Below are positions 13,175 through 24,970 of a stretch of 64,000 bases of DNA, one piece after another. The stretch lies in contig CM052816.1 in the NCBI GenBank assembly GCA_028534125.1, forward strand, positions 87,732,001 to 87,796,000, given 5' to 3'. The notes below the pieces were generated by a model. The model was not told the DNA's origin. It saw only the letters and a list, made by a program, of their open reading frames with translations, and searched no databases. Made by a program: the position numbers and the translations under genes. Numbering within the stretch: position 1 is the first letter of the stretch; each line of letters opens with the position of its first letter. Source of the stretch: Lama glama. Taxonomy: Eukaryota.

Positions 13175-14004
13175 AGACAGTAATATATGAATATGGTCAC
13201 CAATATTTCATTTTAGAACACAGCAGTGTGTTTTATCCCTATTAGAATTGAAATGATGGAAGCTAGCTGATTCTTATATATAGTAAAGATTGAATAACAC
13301 TGATCAAGGGAATACTTTTCTTGGAAAGTCAATGGAAATTTCACAGTGTTGATGTGTGTCTACCATGAAGGAAGACATTTTGAATTAAAAATAATTATGA
13401 TTTAGAAATACACAGTACATTAATCTGTGTATTATACTGTCACTTGTCAACTGAGTAAGTCAAATGTCTGTAGAGAAGAAAAGCAAAACATTTCAATTGA
13501 GAAAACATTGGAATATGGTATTAAATCATAATCCAATTAATCTAACCCAGTTGTTGCCTCAACAGATAGATTGATGAGGTGTTTCCCTGAAGTCTTCACG
13601 AACATTCACATAACCTATTCTCTAAAGTCATGATTTTCCCAGGAACCTATATAAGAACCAGGGATATTTTATTAGAGATAACATAAATTGAAGCTGTTTT
13701 GTCCGATTTCTAAAATATATCAACAAAAATCTTCAGTCAAAATACATAAGTGAAAAAATAAGCTCACCCTTCAATAATATAAGTGAATGAATTACATTGA
13801 TTTGGACACTACAACTAATGTACTTTTTAATTGTCCTCTAGGGGGAAATAATGTTTAAAAGTAGTGACATAGATGAATCTTTTGAGCTCAAATTGTGTTG
13901 ACCAGTGTATCCTTAGGAAGGCTTGTGCTTTAAAAATCACCTGATGAAGTCTACCTAGATGATCTGCAGATCTCATGGACTATCAGAAAAATGAGGGCAA
14001 GAAG

Positions 14005-14170
14005 CCTGTCTCTAACCATTTGCTAATTATATGAGTTGAGCAAATGACATAAGTAACCCTCAGCTTGTCATCTATGAAACTGAGATGATAATTCCTATCT
14101 TGTTGATGCATTATGATAATTATCAGTAATAGTCACTGGGATATGGATTGTCAATTGTTAAACCTATTAA
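14005..14170 (+). mobile_element. MIR fragment
   Basis: ttgagcaaatgacataag…cctcagcttgtcatctatgaaactgagatgataat. Confidence 0.5.
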
Positions 14171-16132
14171 TAGCAAAAAGTTTATACTATGAAACATATT
14201 TCATTTATTTTTAATTATTGCAAATGTACTTTTGTAAAAGAAATTCAGTATTTTATTTTCTCCTTTTTTATCTTCTTTTCTATTGTGTGTCATACTTTTA
14301 CTTTTCTGACCAATTTATTTCCAGATAATTCTTCAAAATTAGAAGCATCAACATTCCCTTTATACAGAGTGCCTTTTTTCCCAAGATGATATTTTTGCTC
14401 TGTAGATTCCATATTTCCCATGCTCAACCCACTTTTCTTTCTGTTTCTTATCTATTCTATTTTTATTATAACCTTGGAAAGGCAAGTTGGGGTGGCATAT
14501 TCAGAGTCTGGCACCTGTGATGCTACTTCCTCCCTCATCTTTCTTTTGGGCAGGTTCTGTCTCTCCTCTTAGAATTTTATGGCATGAAATACAACATACA
14601 CAATCTCTCTTGTGTCCCAAACGTACTTTTTAAAATCAGCATCTTCAAATCTAGCATTAAACTTTTTCATTGGAAAGATATACACTCTTTCATATTCTGC
14701 CATTTTTACTAGTCATAATTCAAATAAAATGTCAGTTTTAGTTCAACTATTGAGCAACATTTTAATAATAGCAATGATAATTATATTATCATCATTTTCA
14801 TAAATTAATAATCACAGTGTACACCTTTACCATAATTACTGTGTACCAGCCACTAATCTAAGCCTTTAACTTTCAGTTGTGAGAAAACGTTGATTGACTC
14901 AGACATCCTTCCTCAGAACTACATTTCCCAGAACTACCACATTTCAGCCTCAAAACTGTTAATAAAATTACGTTCTAGGTGTCTTCCACCAATGGCCCAG
15001 CAATAGTATTCAGGCTTTGGTCTACCTGCTCCTTCAAAAAATTAAGCCTGTTTGCTGTATTTCAATGATTCATTACACCATTATTAATTTTGTGTTATTA
15101 ACATTGAGTAGAAATAGTAGATTTGTCTTCAATTATAGAAAAAAGGAGAGAAAAAAGAGACATGACTCTCATTATTGTGATTTATGTTTTCAAATCAATA
15201 TGCTATGATATTCTAAATCAAACCATAAGTCTCGTCCTTAGCTTTGTAAAATAGATTCGTTTTTGATCCATTTTCTATTGGGGAAATAGGAGACATAAAT
15301 AAATAAAACACAGAGTGTTGTCCTCCTTTTATTTCATTTTTAATTTATAGACACTCTTTGTTTATCTACCTAGAGCCTAGGAGCATGCTACGCTGTTACA
15401 ATTGTGTGCCTCAAAGAAGAAAACTAACAAGAAGATGAAACCACATATAAGAGGTTTTTCTCAGAGGAGGAGAAAAACACAATTTTCTAAAACTCAAAGA
15501 GGCTTAGCTGCTATGGAAGTCTTTAACATAGAGAACAGAGTTCCAAGACTGTACTTTCTTATTCTTTGAGAACTTCTATACATATGAAACTTTTGCCCCC
15601 TTGTTTTTTCTTGCACAAAGGATACCTGCAAATATTTGTAAGTAATCCCTTGAGATGTATTTTGGGTACTGTCTGTGTCAGTAGTTTTTTGGAACTTTAC
15701 ATTGATCCATTAGTATAAATACCCTAGCCTACAGTATATGGTTTAATATTTTTGGTGGTAGGTAAGTCAATATTGCCTGTTATGGAATACTGATAATAGA
15801 CATTCAGAGAAATTATTAATTATCTACTGAAAAAAAACTTTACTACATTATTTAGTGGAAACAAGATCTATTACCATTATTGGGGGAAAATAAGGTAAAG
15901 ATATACGAATAATTTTACTACTGGAATTGGCTTTTCAGAATGTGGTAGAATCAGCTTCTTTTAGATATTTTGATTTAAATAATATTGGGTTTAATTTAAT
16001 GTGGGCTACAAATATGTGCACATTAATTTATATGCAGATAATATATAGATAATATCAGCATATTATATATGTATATGTAATATATAATATGCGATTATAA
16101 ACAATCCATATTGTATGTAATATATAGGATTT

Positions 16133-16137
16133 GTGTA

Positions 16138-16208
<71 letters not shown>
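16133..16208. repeat. Compound (TG)n(TA)n microsatellite
   Basis: Directly visible. Confidence 0.95.
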
Positions 16209-16211
<3 letters not shown>

Positions 16212-16672
16212 GCAGTGCTCATTGGCAGTGAGTTGAAATTTCCAACTAGTTCTGTTAATTCAGGTCATAAGATTGACAGATATTTAGAAGAATATCTTAA
16301 AAATGATTTTGACAGCTAGAAACTTGCTCATTGGATAGTTGGCCTGAACCGAGATCAGTCATTTTGAATAGTAAGCACAGGGGAAGAGACCATTTATCAA
16401 GGATCCTTCTATTCTAGATTAACCCTGATAGTAGTGGTAGAGAAATTGATTTCAATAACAAATGTCACCCCTAAAAGAAATTATTTCTGAAACTCTAAGT
16501 AAATCTCTGGTTTCTTATCTGTAAGGATTTAGCTTATTTAATCCTCAACATGTATAGACAGATATAAAAGTGGAAATCATGCCATTCTGCTATGGATTTT
16601 TCTTAACCTGTGCTCACTTATTAAAGACAGTGTTCTACTCAGTCCACGTGACTGTCAATACCAATAAGTAAT

Positions 16673-17148
16673 TGTTACCAAGTCCAAGCTCATACTGCTC
16701 TCCAGGCCAATAAATTGAGATGAGTTGTTGAAGTATGGAATAGCAACTTTATTTGGAAAGCCAGCTGTCTGAGAAGATGGTTCCCAAAGAACCATCTTAC
16801 CCTAGCTAGAATTCAGGCTTCTTTTATATTAAAAGGGGAGGGGGTGTGGTTGGTTGTTGCAAACTTCTTGGTGTCAGAATCCTTTGTTATTGCAGATGTC
16901 CACATAGGTCAGGTCATGATGGTCCTATAAATCTCTAACAAGGCAAATGTTATTTTCTGTTTGGCAACTTTTTATCTCTATATGAATGGAAAAGTGTTAT
17001 ATCTTTAAAGATCAGAGCCTCAAGGACTGTCCTGTATGTTTCAGGCTATAGGCAACATTTTAAACTTGTAGCAAAAGGAATAGAACACAAAGGTTAAAGT
17101 AAAAGAGAAAGATCCAACATGGAGTCAGACTTGTTCTTCCCTATGACA
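16673..17148 (-). mobile_element. Full-length ERV1 solo LTR, cetartiodactyl MER41-like
   Basis: TG…CA termini and a perfect 4-bp TSD TAAT (16669-16672 and 17149-17152). On the minus strand there is a TATA-like TAATATAAAAG (about 16821-16831) and AATAAA (16748-16753), in U3-R order. Confidence 0.85.
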
Positions 17149-17229
17149 TAATGAGGCTTTACATTTAAAAAATTACAAAAACACAAAATAAACTTATGGA
17201 AATAGGCAGATTTTGAGGATGTGATGGAG

Positions 17230-17975
17230 CACAAAAATTATGATGTGCCATCAACCCCAAACTCACAATCTGGTGGAGAGGCAGGGAAGGACATAGACAA
17301 CTTTCATACAGTGTGGTAAGTGGCAGGATGTAGGAAGCTTGTCCTACGTGACAATGCAGTTGGACATGCAGTCTAATTTTGACAGAGAAAAGGTTTGCCA
17401 AAGGAAGGACAAGTCGTTGTTTTGGTCTGTTAAGTGCAGAAGAAGAGAAAGGATGAGAAAGAAGAAACAATAGGAACAAAGGTTTTGTAGAGCAAAGCAA
17501 ACCAGTGGATTTGGTACTGTTAAAGTCTGGTGTGCAGATAGTTTGAGAGCAGGTGTGGGTGACAGGTAAAGGATAATGCAGACAGGTAAGCATAGAAAAG
17601 ACAGGCTCAGGCAGAGGGCCAGAAGGAAAGATTAAAAACAATTTTTAATAGCTCATTCTTACTGTAGAGTGCAGAAATAATTAGAAAAAATAGAAAGCTT
17701 AATGTTGGGGGATATTTTAGTAATACACACAGGATATGTTAATAATATTAACTGAGGTAATGGTTGTTTGATGGACAAAAGAAAGTGGATTCTAAGCGGT
17801 GCCTCTCGCTAAGAGGAGATGTTCTGAAGAGGTAAGACAGATAATTAGTTCAAATTGTAATTTTTGAGTTTGAGATGCCAAGGGCTCATTCAAGGGAATG
17901 TATATGTATGTATGGCAAGAGGCTGTTGAATATATGTGCATTTATGTGCAAATCTGCTGAGAGATCAAGGCTGGA
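17230..17975 (-). mobile_element. L2 LINE fragment
   Basis: aaactcacaatctggtggagaggcag…atacagtgtggtaagtg…ttttgagtttgagatgcc…gctgttgaatatatg…gagagatcaaggctgga. Confidence 0.6.
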
Positions 17976-20779
17976 TTTTTTTTTTCCCAGTAGAAGTTCC
18001 TAAAACAAGAGCAGAATTGAAGCTAACATTTCTAATTTGCTTATTACTTAAGATTAGGCAAATGACCATAGTCAGGTATGAATAAAATAATTACATTTAA
18101 TCCGATTTATATATTCTCATGTTTGCTGCTTTCCTTCCCAATATGAGTTTGTAGGAGTTTGTTGCTGTATTTTCTCAAGGCTCTGCTCACATGCTTGTTA
18201 TAAATTCATTATAGGAATAGATTCTTTCAACTCTATTGCATATTTCACCCTTTAAATGTACTTTTCAGAAAGCTATTTGTTGAGTGATTAATACTCAGTA
18301 AACGGTATGGCTTTTCACAGTATAACCACACAGTGTCTACTATCAGTCTCTCCAATCTTTTTCTGAGTATCTTCTAAATATGCTTGATGGTCACTGTTTT
18401 TGCATAAAGATGGCTTTTTTACTTTTATTACATTTTAATGGAAATAATAATATATTTGAGGGGGTTCAGCTTTAAACAAATCCCTAAATTCAGAAATCAC
18501 AAACATTATAAGAACTTTCAATATATGCTGTGTAAACGGTAGCTCAGGAAATTACAGTTAATCAATTTATCTTTAATATCATGTAGGCAGCATCTTTATT
18601 TTGGTAACTGAAATTACGGTAGTGGAAGAATTAAGGAACTGAGGGAACCTCCTGTTGAATGGTGGCTCTCACTTACTGTGATACTTTAGCTGGCCATTAA
18701 TTGGACAACATTACCTACTAAAGGTTTATCTTCTCATCTAAATAATAGAAAAGCAACTCTTGACACTCCAACCTAGTAAGGTGGTTGTAAAGAGTAAAAT
18801 TAAAATTATAAGAGATAATCTTTATGAAAGCATTTGTAATCTGTAACTATAATTAAGTGTAAAAAAGTGTTATTACAATGTTGGTTTTGCTTTTATCTTT
18901 GAGAATTTATAATTCATTGGTTTGTTTAACTCAGTTGAATGAACGCCTTCTGCACTATTAAATTACACTGACTGATTGTAAATAAATTTATCTTAAAAGC
19001 ATTTTATTTCCCATTCTGACTACTGTTTTCTCTGTCTCAGCAACCTGGATTAGGATTTGAGTTATTTCTGTCCTCTGAGTTTTTATCATTGGTCTGTCAG
19101 AATTTTGGTTGGACACCAGTGCTTTGATTCTGCTCTGTAATATGTGAGAGATTTTAAGATTTCAGAAAGATGTGTCAACAAAATATTTTCAGAAGGCTGA
19201 ATTGATGTTATAAAGATTTTGGAAAGTTTTGCTTATTTTTAAAAGCATTTCTTTAAATATACATTTTTAAAATATTGATTTCCAGTGCCATAGAATCGAG
19301 TTACTGAGGAAGTAAAACAGTGAAACTAGTAAGATATATATACGTAACCTTAGAAAACAAATTGCTACTAGCTTGTAAGCAAAACAATTGTTTTATTTTG
19401 ACACATAAATATAAACTGATACAAGGTATTTAACTTTAAAATATTCTTTATAGATAAACATTCATTATCACATTTCATGGTTTATAATATCTTATAATTG
19501 TGAAAATGTCATACTGGTTATCGAAAACACACAGGGCAAACAGAAACATCAGCATGCTTCTAATTGCAAAGTTGTTTTCTCAAACACACACTTCCTTCGT
19601 AATTACTCTTCCTGTGCTCGTTTCTACAGGTACTGCACTGTACAATACATCATGTTAAAGGTCTAGTCATTACCTTGATGCATGAGATTCATTTTACTGG
19701 TTAGAAAGGCATGGCTGTTATAGCAATTTTAATCAAATACATAATTTAAGCAAGCATGTAAGAACATTTTTTTCTACACATTAACGTCCTTTTACTATGC
19801 TGCTTCAATGTATTTTAACTAATAAAACAACCAAAGATGAACAAAAATGGCAGGCTGCCTGATTAGAAAGATAAAATTAATTGTGAAGTACAGTGAAGTT
19901 TGTATATTTTACATCACTAAAATGACTATGCAGCATGAAACATATAAAAGGTACAGAAGTTGTAGAGTGTATAGAAGTTGTAGAATATATAGAAAGCAGA
20001 ACTGAAAAGAATATCAAAGACTTTTATCTTCATCCAAATGCTACCCCAGTCTTTGTATGCCACCTATCTGAATTTCCTCCATTCAAAATGAAGAAATTAG
20101 ATACTCAGATTTCAAAAGCCATTTAATTTAAAAAATTGTTATATATAGACATATATGTATATACACATATATACAGTATATTTGAATATATATTTTATAT
20201 GTTTCATATAAAATACATAAAATTATAAAATGTATGTGATTTCTAAGGCTAATGATGTACATAGGTACCCCTCTAATCACTGACATCAGTAAGACTAAGA
20301 AGAATGGTAGATATCTAAGTCCTGATCATAATATCTTAACACTGCAAGATATTTTTGAGTTTCTTTACTTATTCTGTACTAGCAATGAAAATCTAGTGAT
20401 GCTGATTATGGCAAACTCATAGACTGTACTAAGCTCTTGGCATAAATGGTGAATTACCATCCTGTCTCTTGGTCTTTACTTAGTTGTGTGCACATTAGTT
20501 CTATTAAAGTAGTTGAAGTTGCTCTGCAATCTTTCATTGGTGATATCTGGGTTCTAGTCATATATATATGGTTTATACCTTGGTCACATGCATGCTGTAG
20601 CTCTTATAGGGATTGTGGTTGCCTGAAAGAATCTGGAGTGACTAGAAACTGTATAAATTGCTTTATTATCTGTTCAGTTCTTCATTACATATTGAGCTGC
20701 TCAAAAATGTAAAGTGTCTCTCTCTACGGATTGCATTGAATAATTAATTCCCTGGAGAAGACCTCTGGAGTACAAAAGT

Positions 20780-21150
20780 TTACTTCATTACCTAATAGTT
20801 GTGTGACCACGGTGATGTCAAACTCCTCAAGGCTTCGTGTGCCCCACGTGTAAAGCGACTAGTGTCTTCTACTCTTCTGTCTCTGAAAAGAACACTCTCA
20901 GTGGATTTAGGGCTTATCCTAATTCAGGATAATCTCAGCTTAAGATCCTTATCTTAATTAGATCTGCCAAGACACTTTTTCCAAATAAGGTCACCCTCAC
21001 ATCTTCTGGAAGATAAGACTTGGACATAATTTTTAGGAATTCAACCCGCCACACACTATTATTAATTACTTGTGTAATAGTATGAAAATTGAATGAGATA
21101 TTATAGTATTTGGCACATAAGTTACCTTAAGAAAGATGCCTATAATTAGC
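20780..21150 (+). mobile_element. MIR split by an MLT1 LTR fragment
   Basis: MIR-like cctaatagttgtgtgacc…tgtaaag before the insert and …tatgaaaattgaatgagata…tttggcacataag after it. Confidence 0.5.
20862..21053 (-). mobile_element. MaLR LTR fragment (MLT1B/C-like)
   Basis: ggatttagggcttatcctaattcaggataatctc…atctgccaagacactttttccaaataaggtcac…ttcaacccgccaca. Confidence 0.75.
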
Positions 21151-22222
21151 TGGTTTAATTTAGTGCTATCATAGCCCTATCATAGCTGTCAAAAACATAA
21201 TAAAAACATTATGAAACTACTATAAAATATAATCCATTTCTGTTCTACAGTAGCTAAATGCAAGCTGTAAAACATAAATGCTCAATTCAGAGAAGAAAGA
21301 CATCAGTGATAGATCACTTTTTTATGGTGAGTGAAGATGCTTGTAGAAATAAAAAGTGGGTTTCATGAGTTTTGGTGAATTGGGGAGAAGTGTGATTGTG
21401 TTGGGGAGCTCTGAATTTTAGATCTTAGATGGCAAGTATAGATATGATTATAAATTTCAAATTATGGCTGTTCTATTGAATGGACTTCATGCACAGGGGA
21501 AAAGTTCCCACGGTGTTCAGAAAAATGAGAAAAGGTTAAAACAGTTGTCCAACATTTTGTCTGCTTAATAGCTTAGTTTGCCTAATCTCTTAGTTGTGAT
21601 GAAGCTTGACTAGAAATAACAAGGATTACAGATAACAATAGCTTTAGAAAATCAAACTAAAGCTATTCAGATATCTAGAAGTTGAGTGAGGTATGGTGCT
21701 TTGGTCTACAAAGTGCAAAATGCACTGCTTTTATTTGTCCCACCTTATAAAGTGTCTAATCTCAAGGTCAACTCACCTCCATGTTGGCTGACTCACCGCA
21801 GCCATCTCATTTGCATTCCGGTCATCAGGAAGAGGCAGGTAAAAGAAGACAAGACAAATGTGACATGCTAATTATCATCGAAAGTATGTTCCTAGAAGCT
21901 GCATGTACATCTCCTTACTTCCCATTGGTCAGCTGTTCTGCATAGCTATACCAATGAGGTTAACACAATACTACAGGGACAGTAAAATATCTGACAGTCT
22001 AATGACATCAAAGAAATGAAGGAAATATATTTTTTTTGCCACAAGTGGTCTTAACTACACAATTATGCCATTCATTTTTCTGTTGCACATATCCAACCTC
22101 TTTCCTAGAGAAAAGAAAATCCTAAAATCTCAACTGGTTACTTCATTCAGGTCTCTAAGATTCTATGTGACAAAGTTTCCTCTGTCAGGTCCGGATAAAG
22201 CCCTTTGGTGTATGGTGACCTC

Positions 22223-22650
22223 TGTAAACAATGACCTCCAGTAATCTTTAAAAAATGCCCAATGAAAAACAATAGCATTAAACTGAATTTAGCCTGCCAG
22301 GCAAGGAGACACGCCACTGAAAATAAGTCACTAAAGGGGTAAATCAGAAGTGTCTAACTGCTAGAAGGGGTGAAAAGTATGTTCTGTTATTTCTTCTTAA
22401 TTATGCTGATGAGACTGGAAAGTCATTCTCTGGTTAGGAAGGAATAATTCTAGGAGTCTGCATACAAATAATTAAAGCAAGAGCTGTTGTTTGCTGGTCA
22501 GTCCAGTGAGGTTCTGGCATAGAGGGGTCAATCAAAGATCATTATATTTTTAATAGCTTTTGCAGGTTAGAATGGTTGTGATAAACCACAGCAGTCAGTT
22601 CTAACGTTTCCTATTTAAGTGTTGCTTGAGGTAGAAAAGTTTACCCTACA
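22223..22650. mobile_element. Solo LTR (probably ERV1) nested in the MaLR internal region
   Basis: TGTAAAC…CCCTACA termini, flanks cctc/cctg (4-bp TSD, 1 mismatch). The host sequence rejoins as ggtgacct/gtaaattaaaa…. Confidence 0.55.
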
Positions 22651-23359
22651 CCTGTAAATTAAAATTCAAGATGTATGTCCCTAACACATTCAGCATGCAA
22701 TTGTACTGAGGTAATGAGTAACCCATTTCACAACCCGCATTCAGAAGAAGGAAGAATGGGAAACACAAGGCAGTCATTAGTCAGGGAAGGGACTGAGGCT
22801 CCTTGCACTGGCAGTGTCGTTAATTCCTGTTAGACCATCTGTTAGTGGCTGGATCTATTCTCTGGCGTGAGTTACCTTTTTCATTTTTCTCTATGGCCTC
22901 TGGATTCTTCTTTCTGGAAGGTTTATTTGTGTCCATTATACTTTCCATCCACATGTGAAGCTGGCAATGAAACAGATGTCCTTTTCAGAGGCTGAATGGC
23001 TTTAAAATGACAATTATATTGATGTAGGTTTTTTGGCCTAGAAATGGTTTTGAAGGGTTGCAGGCTAGGCTTGCAATATTTTTTATTTGTTTGTTTTTTG
23101 CCTTGTTTTATTTTTTGCAATACCATTTTGAATGACAACAACACAACTTAGAACACTTCTTGCATGCTTGCTCTTTGTGGTATCCGTTTGAACATATGTA
23201 TATGCATGTTAAGTCTGAGGCTATGAAGAGTTTGAAATGTTACCCCATTTGCACCATTAGATAGATAAATAGAAAGATATAGATATATATGGATACACAG
23301 ATTGGAAGATGGGTAGAGACTGATTGATAAATACACACACACGCACACGCACACACACA

Positions 23360-23875
23360 TGAGGAACACCAGATACTGATCAGAGACTCAAGGAAAAAAA
23401 AACTCTCATATGTACTCACAGAATACCTAGTTCTGTTGCTGTGCCCCTCATGGGTCTATGAAATCAGAGGCAAATGTTCTGTAAACATACAGAGTGGTCT
23501 GCACCGCAGGAGAAGGTCTCCAAAATTATGAATCTTGAGGCTTATATAGGTGCAGACGTCTCTCCTCCTCCCCTCTGGAGTTAAGAGAAAGCTTATCTTT
23601 TATCCACACATGTAAACACACCTCCTCTTGGGGGAGAAGGAGACATTCTACAACCAGGAATATAAACCTTGGCTCCTGGAGAGATAAGAAAGGCTTTGTT
23701 ATTAGCCTTTGAACAGGAACAGGTGTCTGGTGAGAGGAGCAAAGCGGCTCCTCCGTATAGCACCACCTTTAGAATGCAAAGAGCAGATGGTACGGGGGAG
23801 AGAAAAGGAAACACTGTCTATCACTAAAGCACACACAGTTCTGCTACTTGGGAGGCCCCACCAACTGAAGCACCA
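23360..23875. mobile_element. Probable solo LTR nested in the MaLR internal region (family unassigned)
   Basis: TGAGGAAC…AAGCACCA termini, GC-richer than the flanks, with a TATA-like gcttatatagg. TSD not resolved. Confidence 0.4.
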
Positions 23876-23939
23876 ACAGTCCAGAGAGGATTGCCTTACA
23901 ACACCAGTCACCTTCTTAGATGAAATTTTTAAGTCTGAA

Positions 23940-24325
23940 AACTTACGTAATCCAGTTTCCGTTCACAACCCCATCGCTCCTAACTTTGCAATTGATAACT
24001 GGACATAATTTGGTTTAGACTGAAACAGCAATCCCAACGGATACGTCACCTGGGCTGATTTCCGCTGTTTGGTTGAGAATCAATGTCAGGCACCGGAAGA
24101 AGACCTGAGTCACGGTCTTATCTTTTGCTAAGGCTTCACCTTGAGAGCCAGTGCTTAGAGCTGCTTCACTGTCTAATAAAGCAGGAGCCTACTTTTCAAC
24201 CCAGCAACCAGCGCGCCACATTACTGGACCACTGTGAATAAATGAGTGTACGCTGCCTTCAGAGAAGGCCTTGCTTAACGTAACTCTTTTCCTCTTCATC
24301 CCGCTCATCTCTCTTAGCAAGCGTT
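23940..24325. promoter_or_regulatory. Candidate CpG-retaining regulatory element
   Basis: 14 CpGs counted in about 380 bp. Motifs: TTACGTAA 23943-23950, CAACGG 24035-24040, TACGTCA 24042-24048, ACCGGAAG 24092-24099, TGAGTCA 24106-24112. Confidence 0.4.
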
Positions 24326-24395
24326 TCTCTATGTGCTAAGTTACTCTCTGTCCTATCAGACTTTCCTAAGAGTGGCAAGATAGTTCATACACAAT

Positions 24396-24575
24396 AATTT
24401 TTAATCGAAGTATAGTCAATTTACAATGTAGTGTTAATCTCTGAGGTACAGCATAGTGATTCAGTCATACACACATGTTTATATTTTTTCATATTCTTTT
24501 TCATTATCGGTTACTACAAGATATTGAATATTCCCTGTACTACACAGTAGGACTTTGTTGTTTATCTACTTTAAT
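24396..24575 (-). mobile_element. Short L1 3' tail
   Basis: tttttaatcgaagtatagtcaatttacaatgt…gtacagcatagtgattcagt…tacacagtaggactttgttgtttatct. Confidence 0.85.
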
Positions 24576-24598
24576 TCACAATGCGTTTTGATGATCTC

Positions 24599-24970
24599 TG
24601 TATTCGTTTGCTAGGGCTGCCATAAAAGAGTACCACTGGGTGGCTCAAACAACAGAAATGTGTTTTCTCACAATTCTAGACACTGTAAGTCCAAGATCAA
24701 AGTGTCAGCACACTGGTTTCTTCCAAGGCATTCCTCCATCACTGAGAGATGGCCATCTTCTGTGTCTTCACGTGGCCATCCCTCTGTTTGTGTCTGCCTC
24801 CTAATCTGTTATAAGGATACAAGTCATAACAAATGACACTCTACCCTAACGACCTCGTTTTAAATTAATTACACATTTAAGTGTTTCATCTCCAAATGTA
24901 TTTACATTTTGGGTTACTGGTGTCAGCACTTCAACATATGGCTTTTGGGGAAACATTTCAGCCCAAAGCA
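24599..24970 (-). mobile_element. Full-length MaLR solo LTR, MLT1A/B-like
   Basis: TGTATTCGTTTGCTAGGGCTGCCATAA…TTCAGCCCAAAGCA, with 5-bp TSD atctc/atttc (1 mismatch). Confidence 0.85.

Noticed and set aside
17165..17641. Longest ORF in the window (158 aa)
   Set aside because: It overlaps a diverged L2 fragment, has a non-ATG start and L/P/S-biased composition, and shows no recognisable domain.
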